Source of the DNA: an uncultured Alphaproteobacteria bacterium | GTDB taxonomy: Bacteria; Pseudomonadota; Alphaproteobacteria; Rhizobiales; Xanthobacteraceae | Assembly: GCA_963847325.1 (NCBI GenBank) | Contig: CAWJZD010000003.1 | Span: 70,753-134,752, forward strand | Length of the DNA: 64,000 nucleotides | Reading direction: 5' to 3' | Part shown: one piece after another, positions 42,782 to 51,900 of the stretch | Layout of the letters: each line of letters opens with the position of its first letter | Numbering within the stretch: position 1 is the stretch's first letter | Notes under the pieces: generated by a model | Told to the model about the DNA's origin: nothing | Database searches by the model: none | What the model saw: only the letters and a program-made list of their open reading frames with translations | Made by a program: the position numbers and the translations under genes

Positions 42782-42961
42782 TCAGCCCTTCGAGAACCAG
42801 CGCGCCGCGATGTAGAAGCATGCGGCAAGCAAGGCGCCGATCACCAGCGTGGTTACATCAGGCAGAAGGCTCGGCCCGTGCGGATGGCTGTGCGGCGCAA
42901 GCGAGTCATGCGCCAGCGCCGCCGACGGCAGCACAAGGAACAGCGCGGCGAGTATTTTCAT
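42782..42961 (-). CDS. 59-aa His-rich membrane peptide between ureA and ureB
   Basis: Manual translation [59 protein letters not shown]. It has a GGAG RBS and fills the ureA-ureB gap (8 nt and 3 nt spacers). Confidence 0.8.
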   Translation of the reverse strand: MKILAALFLVLPSAALAHDSLAPHSHPHGPSLLPDVTTLVIGALLAACFYIAARWFSKG

Positions 42962-42969
42962 TACGGCTC

Positions 42970-43272
42970 CTATCGGATCGGTTCATGGACGGTCACGAGC
43001 TTCGTGCCGTCGGGAAAGGTGGCTTCGACCTGAATGTCGTGGATCATCTCGGCGATGCCATCCATCACCTGGTCGCGCCGAAGCACATGCGCGCCGCTTT
43101 CCATCAGCTCGGCGACGGTACGGCCGTCACGCGCGCCTTCCATGATGAAGTCGGTGATCAGCGCGACGGCTTCCGGATGATTGAGCTTGATGCCGCGTTC
43201 GAGCCGGCGGCGCGCCACCATCGCGGCCATCGCGATCAGCAATTTGTCTTTCTCGCGCGGTGTCAGGTTCAT
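42970..43272 (-). CDS. ureA: Urease gamma subunit
   Basis: [33 protein letters not shown]. Confidence 0.98.
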   Translation of the reverse strand: MNLTPREKDKLLIAMAAMVARRRLERGIKLNHPEAVALITDFIMEGARDGRTVAELMESGAHVLRRDQVMDGIAEMIHDIQVEATFPDGTKLVTVHEPIR

Positions 43273-43274
43273 GG

Positions 43275-44129
43275 CTAGCTCAACCAGAGGCGCGGCAGCT
43301 CGGCCCGCTTGAGCGCTGCCAACACGGCGACGAGGTCGCGCCGCAACGCCGCGCCGTCACGGGCGCAGAATCGCGCCACCGCAATCCCGTTCCAGGCCGA
43401 CACGCCGACTTCGCCTGCGAATTGCGACTCGCACTCGCGCACAGCAGCGCAGGTCGCTTCATCGCCCGGAGCAACCAGTATCGTCGCGAGCGCGGCGGCA
43501 CCCTTGGCCGATGCCGGCTGCGACAGTGTCTCCGTGATTGCACCGTCGAGTCGCACATTTTCGGCGAACACAAGCTTGCCGTCGCGATGCAGCCGCCAGC
43601 GGTCGATCAGTGCGCCCTGCTCAACCGTCTCGCCCATCGCGGCGCGGCCAAACACGACGGCTTCGCAGAGCAGCACGGACGCATCCGCGGCCAGATCGAT
43701 ATCGATGCGCCGGTTGAGCCGCGCGCGGTCGAACAGGATCATTTCCTGCGGCAGCCACGCGAGTTTCGCACCCGCGCCGACCGACAGCCGCGTGGTCACA
43801 TCGGTATCCGCGCCGATCGCGCGATAGACCTTTTCGGCGGCCGCGGTGCCGGCCACCACATCCGCGCCGTCGCCAGCCACAATCTCGATGGAAAACCGGT
43901 CGCCGCCGGCCATGCCGCCGGCGGTGTTGACGATCACCGCCTCAAGCGTGCCGTTGGTCGTGTTCGGCACGCGAAGCCGCAGCGAGCCGTCCTCATAGAC
44001 GCGGCTGCGGCGGGTCTTGCCGTCCAGAAAAGCCGCATGAAACGCGATCTTTCCTGAGGCGCGATTGGCTGCAAACACCGCACCGGCAGTCGTCGGCAGG
44101 TCGGCCAGCGCAACGTCCAAAACGCCCAC
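43275..44129 (-). CDS. ureD: Urease accessory protein UreD
   Basis: [33 protein letters not shown]. Confidence 0.94.
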   Translation of the reverse strand: MGVLDVALADLPTTAGAVFAANRASGKIAFHAAFLDGKTRRSRVYEDGSLRLRVPNTTNGTLEAVIVNTAGGMAGGDRFSIEIVAGDGADVVAGTAAAEKVYRAIGADTDVTTRLSVGAGAKLAWLPQEMILFDRARLNRRIDIDLAADASVLLCEAVVFGRAAMGETVEQGALIDRWRLHRDGKLVFAENVRLDGAITETLSQPASAKGAAALATILVAPGDEATCAAVRECESQFAGEVGVSAWNGIAVARFCARDGAALRRDLVAVLAALKRAELPRLWLS

Positions 44130-44153
44130 TCCCCTTACGTCCGCCGGCTCGCG

Positions 44154-44849
44154 TCAGATCGCCAAAGCCCGCTTGAGCGCGCCCTCATCGATGCTGGCGC
44201 GGTCGCAAGCATAGACCACCGAACCCCGGTCCATCACGGCAAACTTGTCGCCCAGTTCCTGCGCGAAATCGAGGTACTGCTCGACCAGAACGATCGCTAT
44301 CTCTCCAAGCCCGCGCAAGTAGGAGATCGCGCGACCGATATCCTTGATGATCGAGGGCTGGATGCCTTCGGTTGGCTCGTCGAGCAGGAGCACGCGCGGC
44401 CGCATCACCAAAGCGCGGCCGATCGCCAGTTGCTGCTGCTGGCCGCCCGACAGGTCGCCGCCGCGCCGCCCCAGCATGCTCTTGAGCACCGGAAACAGCG
44501 TGAACACCTCGTCCGGCACCTTGCGCTGGCTGCGCCGCAGCGGCGCAAAACCGGTCTCGAGGTTCTCGGCAACGGTCAATAGCGGGAAGATCTCGCGGCC
44601 CTGCGGCACGATGGCGATGCCGCCCCGCGCGCGCTCGACCGTGGACATCTTGGTGATGTCCTTGCCGTCGAAGGTAATCGTGCCGCGTGAGACCGGGTGC
44701 TGGCCGACCAGCGCCCGCAGCAGGCTGGTCTTGCCGACCCCGTTGCGGCCGAGCACGCAGGTGACCTTACCGGGCTCGGCAGTCAGCGTAATGCCTCGCA
44801 AGGCTTGCGCCGCGCCATAGTGCAGATCGATTGCGTTTACAGTCAGCAT
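44154..44849 (-). CDS. urtE: Urea ABC transporter ATPase UrtE
   Basis: GRNGVGKT, PQGREIFP, LSGGQQQQLAIGRAL, DEPTEGIQPSII. Confidence 0.95.
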   Translation of the reverse strand: MLTVNAIDLHYGAAQALRGITLTAEPGKVTCVLGRNGVGKTSLLRALVGQHPVSRGTITFDGKDITKMSTVERARGGIAIVPQGREIFPLLTVAENLETGFAPLRRSQRKVPDEVFTLFPVLKSMLGRRGGDLSGGQQQQLAIGRALVMRPRVLLLDEPTEGIQPSIIKDIGRAISYLRGLGEIAIVLVEQYLDFAQELGDKFAVMDRGSVVYACDRASIDEGALKRALAI

Positions 44850-44886
44850 GACATTTTCTCTATGCGCATGATTTCGGGATCATGCG

Positions 44887-45645
44887 CTACCGCCCCAAAT
44901 AAACTTCGACGACGCGCTCGTCGCTCGACACCTGGTCGATCGAGCCTTCGGCCAGCACCGAGCCTTCGTGCAGACACGTCACCTTGACGCCAAGCTCGCG
45001 CACGAACGTCATGTCGTGCTCGACGACAACGACGGTCTTGTCCTTGTTGATCTCCTTGAGCAGCTCGGCGGTCTGCTGTGTCTCGGCATCGGTCATGCCG
45101 GCCACCGGCTCGTCGACCAGAAGAAGCTTCGGCTCCTGCGCCAGCAGCATGCCGATTTCGAGCCATTGCTTCTGGCCGTGCGAAAGGCCGCCGGCAACGC
45201 GCGTGCGGACATGCGACAAACGAATCGTGTCGAGCAGCGCACCGATGCGCTCTTCCTGCGGCCGGGTATTTTCCCAGAACAAAGCTGCGCGAACGCTGCG
45301 GTCGTTCTTCAACGCGAGCAGCAGATTGTCCTCGACCGTGTGCATCTCGAACACGGTCGGCTTCTGGAATTTGCGGCCGATGCCGAGCCCGGCGATCTCG
45401 GTCTCGTCCAGCTCGGACAGGTCGTAACGGCCCTGCTCGAAGAACACCTCGCCGGAGTCCGGCCGCGTCTTGCCGGTGACGATGTCCATCATCGTGGTCT
45501 TGCCGGCGCCGTTCGGCCCGATGATCGCCCGCATTTCGCCCGGCTCGATAACGAACGACAATTTGTTGAGCGCCTTGAAGCCGTCGAACGACACGCTGAT
45601 GCCGTCGAGATAGAGCAGCGCGTTGGTGGTTCTCGGATCGATCAT
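44887..45645 (-). CDS. urtD: Urea ABC transporter ATPase UrtD
   Basis: SFDGFKAL, GIGRKFQKPTVF, LSHGQKQWLEIGM. Confidence 0.95.
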   Translation of the reverse strand: MIDPRTTNALLYLDGISVSFDGFKALNKLSFVIEPGEMRAIIGPNGAGKTTMMDIVTGKTRPDSGEVFFEQGRYDLSELDETEIAGLGIGRKFQKPTVFEMHTVEDNLLLALKNDRSVRAALFWENTRPQEERIGALLDTIRLSHVRTRVAGGLSHGQKQWLEIGMLLAQEPKLLLVDEPVAGMTDAETQQTAELLKEINKDKTVVVVEHDMTFVRELGVKVTCLHEGSVLAEGSIDQVSSDERVVEVYLGR

Positions 45646-45649
45646 GCCG

Positions 45650-46795
45650 TCACTCCGCCGCCTGTGGGAGAGCGTCGGCTGCCATGGCGGACTTTTTCTC
45701 GGCTCGGCTCTCGCGCCAATAGTTCAGCGTGCCGATGATGCCGCGCGGCAGGAACAGGGTGACGCCGATGAACAGCGCACCGAGCACGAACAGCCAGTAC
45801 GGCGCCAGGAAGCCCGAGGTGAAGAAGGTCTTGGCGTAATTGACGACGAACGCGCCGAGCACGGCGCCGGTCAGCGTGCCGCGGCCGCCGACCGCGACCC
45901 AGATCACGGCCTCGATCGAGTTGGCGGGCGCGAACTCGCCGGGATTGATGATGCCGACCTGCGGCACGTAGAGCGCGCCGGCAATGCCGGCCATGCAGGC
46001 CGACAATACGAAGACGAAAAGCTTATAAGTTTCAACGCGATAACCGATAAATCGGGTGCGGGATTCGGCATCGCGGATCGCGACCAGCACCTTGCCGAAT
46101 TTCGAGGTGACGACCGCGCGGCAGACCAGAAACGCGAGCCCGAGCGCCGCGCATGACGCGAAGAACAACGCGTTGCGCGTGCCGTCGGCCTGCACGTTGA
46201 AGCCGAGAATGTCCTTGAAGTCGGTGAGGCCGTTATTGCCGCCGAAGCCGAAATTGTTGCGGAAGAAGCCGAGCATCAGCGCGAACGTCATCGCCTGGGT
46301 GATGATCGAGAGATAGACGCCGGTGACGCGGGAGCGAAACGCAAACCAGCCGAACACGAAGGCGAGCAAACCCGGCACCAGCACGATCATCAGCGCCGCG
46401 TAGGCGAAGCTGTTGAAGCCGTACCAGTACAGCGGCAGCTCGGGCCAGTTCAGGAACACCATGAAGTCCGGCAGCACCGGGTTTGCGTAAACGCCGCGGC
46501 TGCCGATCTGCCGCATCAGGTACATGCCCATCGCATAGCCGCCGAGCGCGAAGAAGGCGCCGTGGCCAAGCGAGAGGATGCCGGCGTAGCCCCAGATCAG
46601 GTCGATCGAGAGCGCCAGCAGTGCGTAGCAGACGTATTTGCCGAACAGCGTCACGAGATATGTCGAGACGTACGCAGCGGAGGTGGCGGGCACCAGCAGA
46701 TTGAGAACAGGAATTGCAATCGCGAACGCGCCGAGCAGCACCAGGAAGACTGTCGCGCCGCGATCGAGCAACCGGGTGAGCGGAAACGGCTTCAT
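45650..46795 (-). CDS. urtC: Urea ABC transporter permease UrtC
   Basis: Start ATG 46795. WGYAGILSLGHG, PDFMVFL, GGNNGLTDF, AIRDAESR, VAVGGRG. Confidence 0.94.
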   Translation of the reverse strand: MKPFPLTRLLDRGATVFLVLLGAFAIAIPVLNLLVPATSAAYVSTYLVTLFGKYVCYALLALSIDLIWGYAGILSLGHGAFFALGGYAMGMYLMRQIGSRGVYANPVLPDFMVFLNWPELPLYWYGFNSFAYAALMIVLVPGLLAFVFGWFAFRSRVTGVYLSIITQAMTFALMLGFFRNNFGFGGNNGLTDFKDILGFNVQADGTRNALFFASCAALGLAFLVCRAVVTSKFGKVLVAIRDAESRTRFIGYRVETYKLFVFVLSACMAGIAGALYVPQVGIINPGEFAPANSIEAVIWVAVGGRGTLTGAVLGAFVVNYAKTFFTSGFLAPYWLFVLGALFIGVTLFLPRGIIGTLNYWRESRAEKKSAMAADALPQAAE

Positions 46796-48402
46796 GCTTC
46801 CACCGCCCTGCCCTTGAGGGCGAACATGCCGCGCGGCCGCTTCTGGATGAACAGGATGATCAGCACCAGGATGGCGATCTTGCCGAGCACCGCGCCGGCA
46901 AACGGCTCGAGGAATTTGTTGGCGATGCCGAGCGTGAGCGCGCCGACCAGGGTGCCCCACAGATTGCCGACGCCGCCGAACACGACGACCAGGAAGCTGT
47001 CGATGATGTAGCTCTGGCCGAGGTTGGGGCTGACATTGTCGATCTGCGAGAGCGCGACGCCGGCGATGCCGGCAATGCCGGAGCCGAGCCCGAATGTGAG
47101 CGCATCGATTCGCGCGGTGCGAATGCCCATGGCGCGCGCCATCGACCGGTTCTGCGTCACCGCGCGCATCTCGAGACCGAGGCGGGTGTAGCGCAGCATC
47201 GCCAGCAGCGCGGCGAACACCACGCCGGTGAACACGATGATCCAGAGCCGATTGTAGGTGATCGTCATCTCGCCGAGCTGGAACGCGCCGGACATCCAGG
47301 ACGGATTGCCGACTTCGCGGTTGGTCGGCCCGAACGCGGTGCGAACCGCCTGCTGCAGGATCAGGGACAGGCCCCATGTCGCCAGCAGCGTTTCGAGCGG
47401 CCGTCCGTACAGGAAACGAATGATCGTGCGTTCGATCAGGACGCCGACGGCACCGGCGCTGAGGAAGGCGAGCGGCACCGCAATGAAGAGCGAATAGTCG
47501 AACAGCGCCGGATTGTAGGTGCGGATCAGCTGCTGCACGACGAAGGTCACGTAGGCGCCGAGCATCACCATCTCGCCGTGCGCCATGTTGATGACGCCCA
47601 TCACGCCGAAGGTGATGGCGAGGCCGATGGCGGCGAGCAGCAGCACCGAGCCAAGCGACAGGCCGTACCAGGCGTTCTGCACCGCGCCCCAAATCAGCTG
47701 ACGCTGTTGCAGGGAATTGACGGCGCTCACGGCGGCCTTGCGGACGTTGTCGGCGGCGTCGGCCGGCACGCTGGCGAGAAGATTGAGCGCATCCTGGCCG
47801 CCTCGGGCGCGGATGAGGTCGATCGCGGCGATGCGATCTTCATCGCTGGTGTCGCTCGCACCGATGACGAGAACCGCGCGCGCCTCGGCCAAGGCCCTCT
47901 TAACGCGTTGATCCTGCTCGGCTTCCAGCGCCTTCTCCAGCGCAGGCAGCACGGAGGCGTCACGCGAGCGATAGACCGATTGCGCCGCCTCGTAGCGCCG
48001 CCCGGCATCCGGCGACATCAGCGTGAGCCCGCCGAGCATGCCGCCGACCATGCCGCGCAATCGATTGTTGAGCCTGACATTGTCGATGTCGGACGGCGGC
48101 TGTGCGACTGCCTCGCCGGTCGCGGCGTCGGTCAGCTTCTCATCCGCGCTCTTGATGTAGACCTTCTTCTCTTCGGCGCTGTAGGCCAGCCGGCCTTCCT
48201 GCAGCGCCTGAAGCACGACCGCGGCTTTCGGATCGCCGCTTACGGCAACCTTCTCGATCGCATCGGCGGTATCGGAGAAATCGTCGGTGACGAAGCCCTG
48301 CAGCGCGTCCTGGTAAGCGTCGGCATGCGCATTCGGCGCAGCGCCAAGCAAAGCCAAAGCAAGGACGAGAGCCGCCATCAAGCGGCCGCTTACAGAGCTC
48401 AT
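46792..48402 (-). CDS. urtB: Urea ABC transporter permease UrtB with periplasmic N-domain
   Basis: GLAITFGVMGVINMAHGE, LYGRPLETLLATWG, RAVTQNR. The start is uncertain (48402-48420). Confidence 0.94.
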   Translation of the reverse strand: MSSVSGRLMAALVLALALLGAAPNAHADAYQDALQGFVTDDFSDTADAIEKVAVSGDPKAAVVLQALQEGRLAYSAEEKKVYIKSADEKLTDAATGEAVAQPPSDIDNVRLNNRLRGMVGGMLGGLTLMSPDAGRRYEAAQSVYRSRDASVLPALEKALEAEQDQRVKRALAEARAVLVIGASDTSDEDRIAAIDLIRARGGQDALNLLASVPADAADNVRKAAVSAVNSLQQRQLIWGAVQNAWYGLSLGSVLLLAAIGLAITFGVMGVINMAHGEMVMLGAYVTFVVQQLIRTYNPALFDYSLFIAVPLAFLSAGAVGVLIERTIIRFLYGRPLETLLATWGLSLILQQAVRTAFGPTNREVGNPSWMSGAFQLGEMTITYNRLWIIVFTGVVFAALLAMLRYTRLGLEMRAVTQNRSMARAMGIRTARIDALTFGLGSGIAGIAGVALSQIDNVSPNLGQSYIIDSFLVVVFGGVGNLWGTLVGALTLGIANKFLEPFAGAVLGKIAILVLIILFIQKRPRGMFALKGRAVEA

Positions 48403-48483
48403 CGTAATCAATCCCGGCAAGGATGTTACTTGAGAGAGTGGAGGCGGCGCATTGCTGCGCCGCCTCTTTGTGTCAGCCGCGGG

Positions 48484-49803
48484 TCAGGAGGCCCCCGCGC
48501 CGCACTTCTTGGTGACCTTGTTGTAGTTGCCGCACTTCAGCGCGGTCCAATCCGCCTCGAGATCCTTCGAGCCGGGCAGGAAGTCGGTCCAGGCGTCGCC
48601 GGCGACGAGACCCTTGGTCTTCCACACCACGTCGAACTGGCCGTCAGCCTTCACCTCGCCGACGAAGACCGGCTTGGTGATGTGGTGGTTCGACAGCATC
48701 TTCGACATGCCACCGGTCAGATTCGGCGCTTCGATGCCCGGGAGAGCGTCGATCACCTTGTCCGGATCGGTGGACTTCACCTTCTCGACCGCCTTGACCC
48801 ACATAGCGAAGCCGATCACGTGAGCTTCCATCGGGTCGTTGGTGACGCGCTTCGGATTCTTGGTGTAGGCCTGCCACTTCTTGATGAACTCGGAATTGCC
48901 CTTGTCCTTGATCGACTGGAAGTAGTTCCAGGCGGCCAAATGACCGACCAGCGGCTTGGTGTCGAGACCGGCGAGCTCTTCTTCGCCGACCGAGAACGCG
49001 ACCACCGGAATGTCGGTCGCCTTGATGCCGGCGTTGCCGAGCTCCTTGTAGAACGGAACGTTGGCGTCACCGTTGATGGTCGAGACCACCGCGGTCTTCT
49101 TGCCGGCCGAGCCGAACTTCTTGACGTCCGACACGATCGTCTGCCAGTCGGAGTGACCGAACGGCGTATAGTTGATCATGATGTCAGCATCCGCGACGCC
49201 CTTCGACTTCAGATAGGCTTCGAGGATCTTGTTGGTGGTGCGCGGATAGACGTAGTCGGTGCCCGCGAGCACCCAGCGCTTCACCGAGCCGCCTTCTTTC
49301 GACATCAGGTAGTCGACGGCGGGAATCGCCTGCTGGTTCGGCGCGGCGCCGGTGTAGAAGACGTTGCGCTCGGACTCTTCGCCCTCGTACTGCACGGGAT
49401 AGAAGAGGATCGAATTGAGCTCCTTGAAGACCGGCAGCACCGACTTGCGGGACACCGAGGTCCAGCAGCCGAACACCGCGGAAACTTTTTCCTTCTGGAT
49501 CAGCTCGCGCGCCTTCTCGGCGAACAGCGGCCAGTTCGAAGCCGGATCGACCACGACCGCTTCGAGCTTCTTGCCGAGCAGACCGCCCTTCTTGTTCTGC
49601 TCGTCGATGAGGAAGAGCATCGTGTCCTTCAGCGTCGTTTCGCTGATGGCCATCGTGCCGGAGAGCGAATGGAGAATTCCGACCTTGATCGTGTCTTGTG
49701 CCTTGGCGGAAACCGTTGCCGCCAATGTCAGTGCCAATCCGGCCGAGGCTGCGAGCCAGCGGCTGGTCTGCGGTCGCCCGGCGACCGTCCCGTACTTCAA
49801 CAT
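48484..49803 (-). CDS. urtA: Urea ABC transporter substrate-binding protein UrtA
   Basis: GILHSLSGTMAISE, FGCWTSVSRK, YPVQYEG, DYVYPR, STINGDAN. Confidence 0.96.
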   Translation of the reverse strand: MLKYGTVAGRPQTSRWLAASAGLALTLAATVSAKAQDTIKVGILHSLSGTMAISETTLKDTMLFLIDEQNKKGGLLGKKLEAVVVDPASNWPLFAEKARELIQKEKVSAVFGCWTSVSRKSVLPVFKELNSILFYPVQYEGEESERNVFYTGAAPNQQAIPAVDYLMSKEGGSVKRWVLAGTDYVYPRTTNKILEAYLKSKGVADADIMINYTPFGHSDWQTIVSDVKKFGSAGKKTAVVSTINGDANVPFYKELGNAGIKATDIPVVAFSVGEEELAGLDTKPLVGHLAAWNYFQSIKDKGNSEFIKKWQAYTKNPKRVTNDPMEAHVIGFAMWVKAVEKVKSTDPDKVIDALPGIEAPNLTGGMSKMLSNHHITKPVFVGEVKADGQFDVVWKTKGLVAGDAWTDFLPGSKDLEADWTALKCGNYNKVTKKCGAGAS

Positions 49804-49860
49804 GGATGACCCTCGCGTTTGATGGCCAGCGCCCCCGTGAGGCTGGCTCAAGCCGGTCAT

Positions 49861-49877
49861 CGCAAGCGTTGTGCCAA
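49861..49877 (-). promoter_or_regulatory. Sigma54 (-24/-12) promoter of the urt-ure run
   Basis: Minus strand TTGGCAC-AACGC-TTGCG matches TGGCAC-N5-TTGC, about 58 nt upstream of the urtA ATG. Confidence 0.85.
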
Positions 49878-49925
49878 GCGAAAAGCTGTTGATTATTCTA
49901 GAGAATTCCCTGCATCGCCCCTGTC

Positions 49926-49966
49926 AGGCTATTTTTTGAGCAGCTCTATCGCCCGATTAATAGGCA
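49926..49966. promoter_or_regulatory. Putative NtrC-type enhancer sites
   Basis: AGGCTATTTTTTGAGCA (49926-49942) and CGCCCGATTAATAGGCA (49950-49966) are 17-mers ending in GCA with AT-rich cores, upstream of the sigma54 promoter. They are degenerate matches to TGC-N11-GCA. Confidence 0.5.
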
Positions 49967-49991
49967 GGCATTTAGGGCTCTGCTCAAAAAG

Positions 49992-50022
49992 AAAACGCCC
50001 GGCACCAGGCCGGGCGTTTTTT
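49992..50022. terminator. Bidirectional intrinsic terminator after the fdh operon
   Basis: AAAACGCCCGGC-ACCAG-GCCGGGCGTTTTTT. Confidence 0.8.
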
Positions 50023-50043
50023 GGCGAAGGCTAAGCCGGGGCG

Positions 50044-50169
50044 CTAGACGCGGGCGCCGGTCGGCGAGCTGTAAGCGTCGGTCGAGGACTCGTTGACGCT
50101 GTTGAGGATGAAGGCGGCGCCAACGGCGAGAACCACCGCAACGACGCAAGCAGAGACGAAAGATTTCAT
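50044..50169 (-). CDS. 41-aa single-TM protein, last gene of the fdh operon
   Basis: MKSFVSACVVAVVLAVGAAFILNSVNESSTDAYSSPTGARV. GGGG RBS, 10 nt after the gamma-subunit stop. Confidence 0.7.
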   Translation of the reverse strand: MKSFVSACVVAVVLAVGAAFILNSVNESSTDAYSSPTGARV

Positions 50170-50179
50170 GGCGTTTCCC

Positions 50180-51211
50180 CTATTCGGCCGGCGTCGCCGC
50201 GTGGCGCGGCTGACGCTGGCTCTCATTTGCTCCCGTGGCCGCCCCTTCCTGCTCGAGCCAGAGGCGGTGATGCTGGCGGGCCCAATTCACGTCGACCGTG
50301 CCGGTGCCCATCGCCTCGAACGCGCCTTCCATGCCGATCGTGCCGATATAGATGTGCCCGAGCATGGCGGCGACGAACAGCACGCCGACGATGGCGTGGA
50401 TGGTTTGTGAGAGCTGCATCCCAGAAACCGAGGTCCCGTAGAACGGGAACATCAGGATGTAGCCGGTGATCGCCACCGCAGCGCCGCCGAGCACGACGAT
50501 CCAGTAGATCATCTTCTGGCCGGCGTTGAACCGGTAGGCCGGCGGATGATCTTCGCCGACGATACCGCCACCGCGCTTGACCCATTCGACGTCGGTGCGG
50601 TTCGGGATGTTTCCCGCGATCCACATCAGCATGATGACGACAACGCCGATGGTGAACGGGAAGCTCAGATAGTTGTGGGCGTATTTGAGCCACTGCGACC
50701 AGTCGGTAAAGGCCTGCGCGCCGAACAGCGGAGCCAGGATGTTCTTGCCGAACGTGATGTTGAGGCCGGAGATCGCCAGGATGATGAAGCACGCGGCCGT
50801 CATCCAGTGGATGAAGCGCTCGAACGCTGTGAAGCGCACCACCGTAACGCCCGCGCGCCCGCGCTCGATCTTGACCATGCCGCGCATGAGATAGAACACG
50901 ACCAGCAGGATCAGCATGCCGAGCACCGAAATCGCGCCGATCCACTTCAGCGTCCGCTCGTGGAATTCACGCCAATCGCGGCCGGCCGGCTGAATAAGCG
51001 TGCCTGACTTCGCGTCGGGAATGGTGACGCGGCCGCTCACCGTGCCGCCACTGTTCTGCAGCGCGTTGAGAAGCTGGTCTTCCTTGACCGAAGACGCCGT
51101 TGGGTTGACCGAGGTCGGCTGCTGTGCCGAGGCCGGTGTCCCCAACGCGATCAATAATGTGAGCGCGATACCACTGATGATGAAGCGCGCGTGAGCCAGA
51201 AATCGCGTCAT
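50180..51211 (-). CDS. fdhC: Formate dehydrogenase gamma (cytochrome b) subunit with periplasmic N-extension
   Basis: ERFIHW, KYAHNY, RFNAGQK, TIH, GHIYIGT.GMEGA, WARQHH. Confidence 0.93.
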   Translation of the reverse strand: MTRFLAHARFIISGIALTLLIALGTPASAQQPTSVNPTASSVKEDQLLNALQNSGGTVSGRVTIPDAKSGTLIQPAGRDWREFHERTLKWIGAISVLGMLILLVVFYLMRGMVKIERGRAGVTVVRFTAFERFIHWMTAACFIILAISGLNITFGKNILAPLFGAQAFTDWSQWLKYAHNYLSFPFTIGVVVIMLMWIAGNIPNRTDVEWVKRGGGIVGEDHPPAYRFNAGQKMIYWIVVLGGAAVAITGYILMFPFYGTSVSGMQLSQTIHAIVGVLFVAAMLGHIYIGTIGMEGAFEAMGTGTVDVNWARQHHRLWLEQEGAATGANESQRQPRHAATPAE

Positions 51212-51252
51212 GCTCCCTCCTTTTCTCTTCTTTTTTGTTGCCCCGCCGATGG

Positions 51253-51285
51253 AAAAAAGGGCGGCGCAGGCTGTGCGCCGCCCTT
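51253..51285 (-). terminator. Terminator-like hairpin inside the fdh operon (between beta and gamma)
   Basis: Minus strand AAGGGCGGCGCA-CAGCC-TGCGCCGCCCTTTTTT. Confidence 0.65.
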
Positions 51286-51291
51286 AACCCG

Positions 51292-51888
51292 TTAGATCGA
51301 GATCGCTTCCTTGTAGGCCGTCTTCCAGCCCCAGGCGCCCGAGCCGTAGCCACGCTTGGTGACGCGCTCCTTGTAGATCTGCGCGATGATGTCGCCATCA
51401 CCGGCGAGCAGCGACTTGGTCGAGCACATTTCCGCGCAGAGCGGGAGCTTGCCCTCGGCCAGACGGTTGGTGCCGTATTTGACGAACTCGGCCTGGCTGT
51501 TGTCGGCTTCCGGGCCGCCGGCGCAGAAGGTGCACTTGTCCATCTTGCCGCGCGAACCGAAGTTGCCGACCCGCGGATACTGCGGCGCGCCGAACGGGCA
51601 CGCGTAGAAGCAGTAGCCGCAGCCGATGCAGATGTCCTTGGAATGCAGCACCACCGCGTCGGCGGTGGTGTAGAACGCATTGGTCGGGCACACCGCCGCG
51701 CAGGGCGCGTCGGTGCAGTGCATGCAGGCCATCGAGATCGAGCGCTCGCCGGGCTTGCCGTCATTGATGGTGACGACGCGCCGGCGGTTGATGCCCCACG
51801 GAACCTCGTGCTCGTTCTTGCAGGCGGTGACGCAGGCGTTGCACTCGATGCAACGATCGGCGTCGCAGAGGAATTTCATACGTGCCAT
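51292..51888 (-). CDS. fdhB: Formate dehydrogenase Fe-S beta subunit
   Basis: Four clusters: CIECNACVTAC, CMHCTDAPCAAVCP, CIGCGYCFYACP, KCTFC...CAEMC. Confidence 0.95.
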   Translation of the reverse strand: MARMKFLCDADRCIECNACVTACKNEHEVPWGINRRRVVTINDGKPGERSISMACMHCTDAPCAAVCPTNAFYTTADAVVLHSKDICIGCGYCFYACPFGAPQYPRVGNFGSRGKMDKCTFCAGGPEADNSQAEFVKYGTNRLAEGKLPLCAEMCSTKSLLAGDGDIIAQIYKERVTKRGYGSGAWGWKTAYKEAISI

Positions 51889-51900
51889 GGTCGTTGCTCC

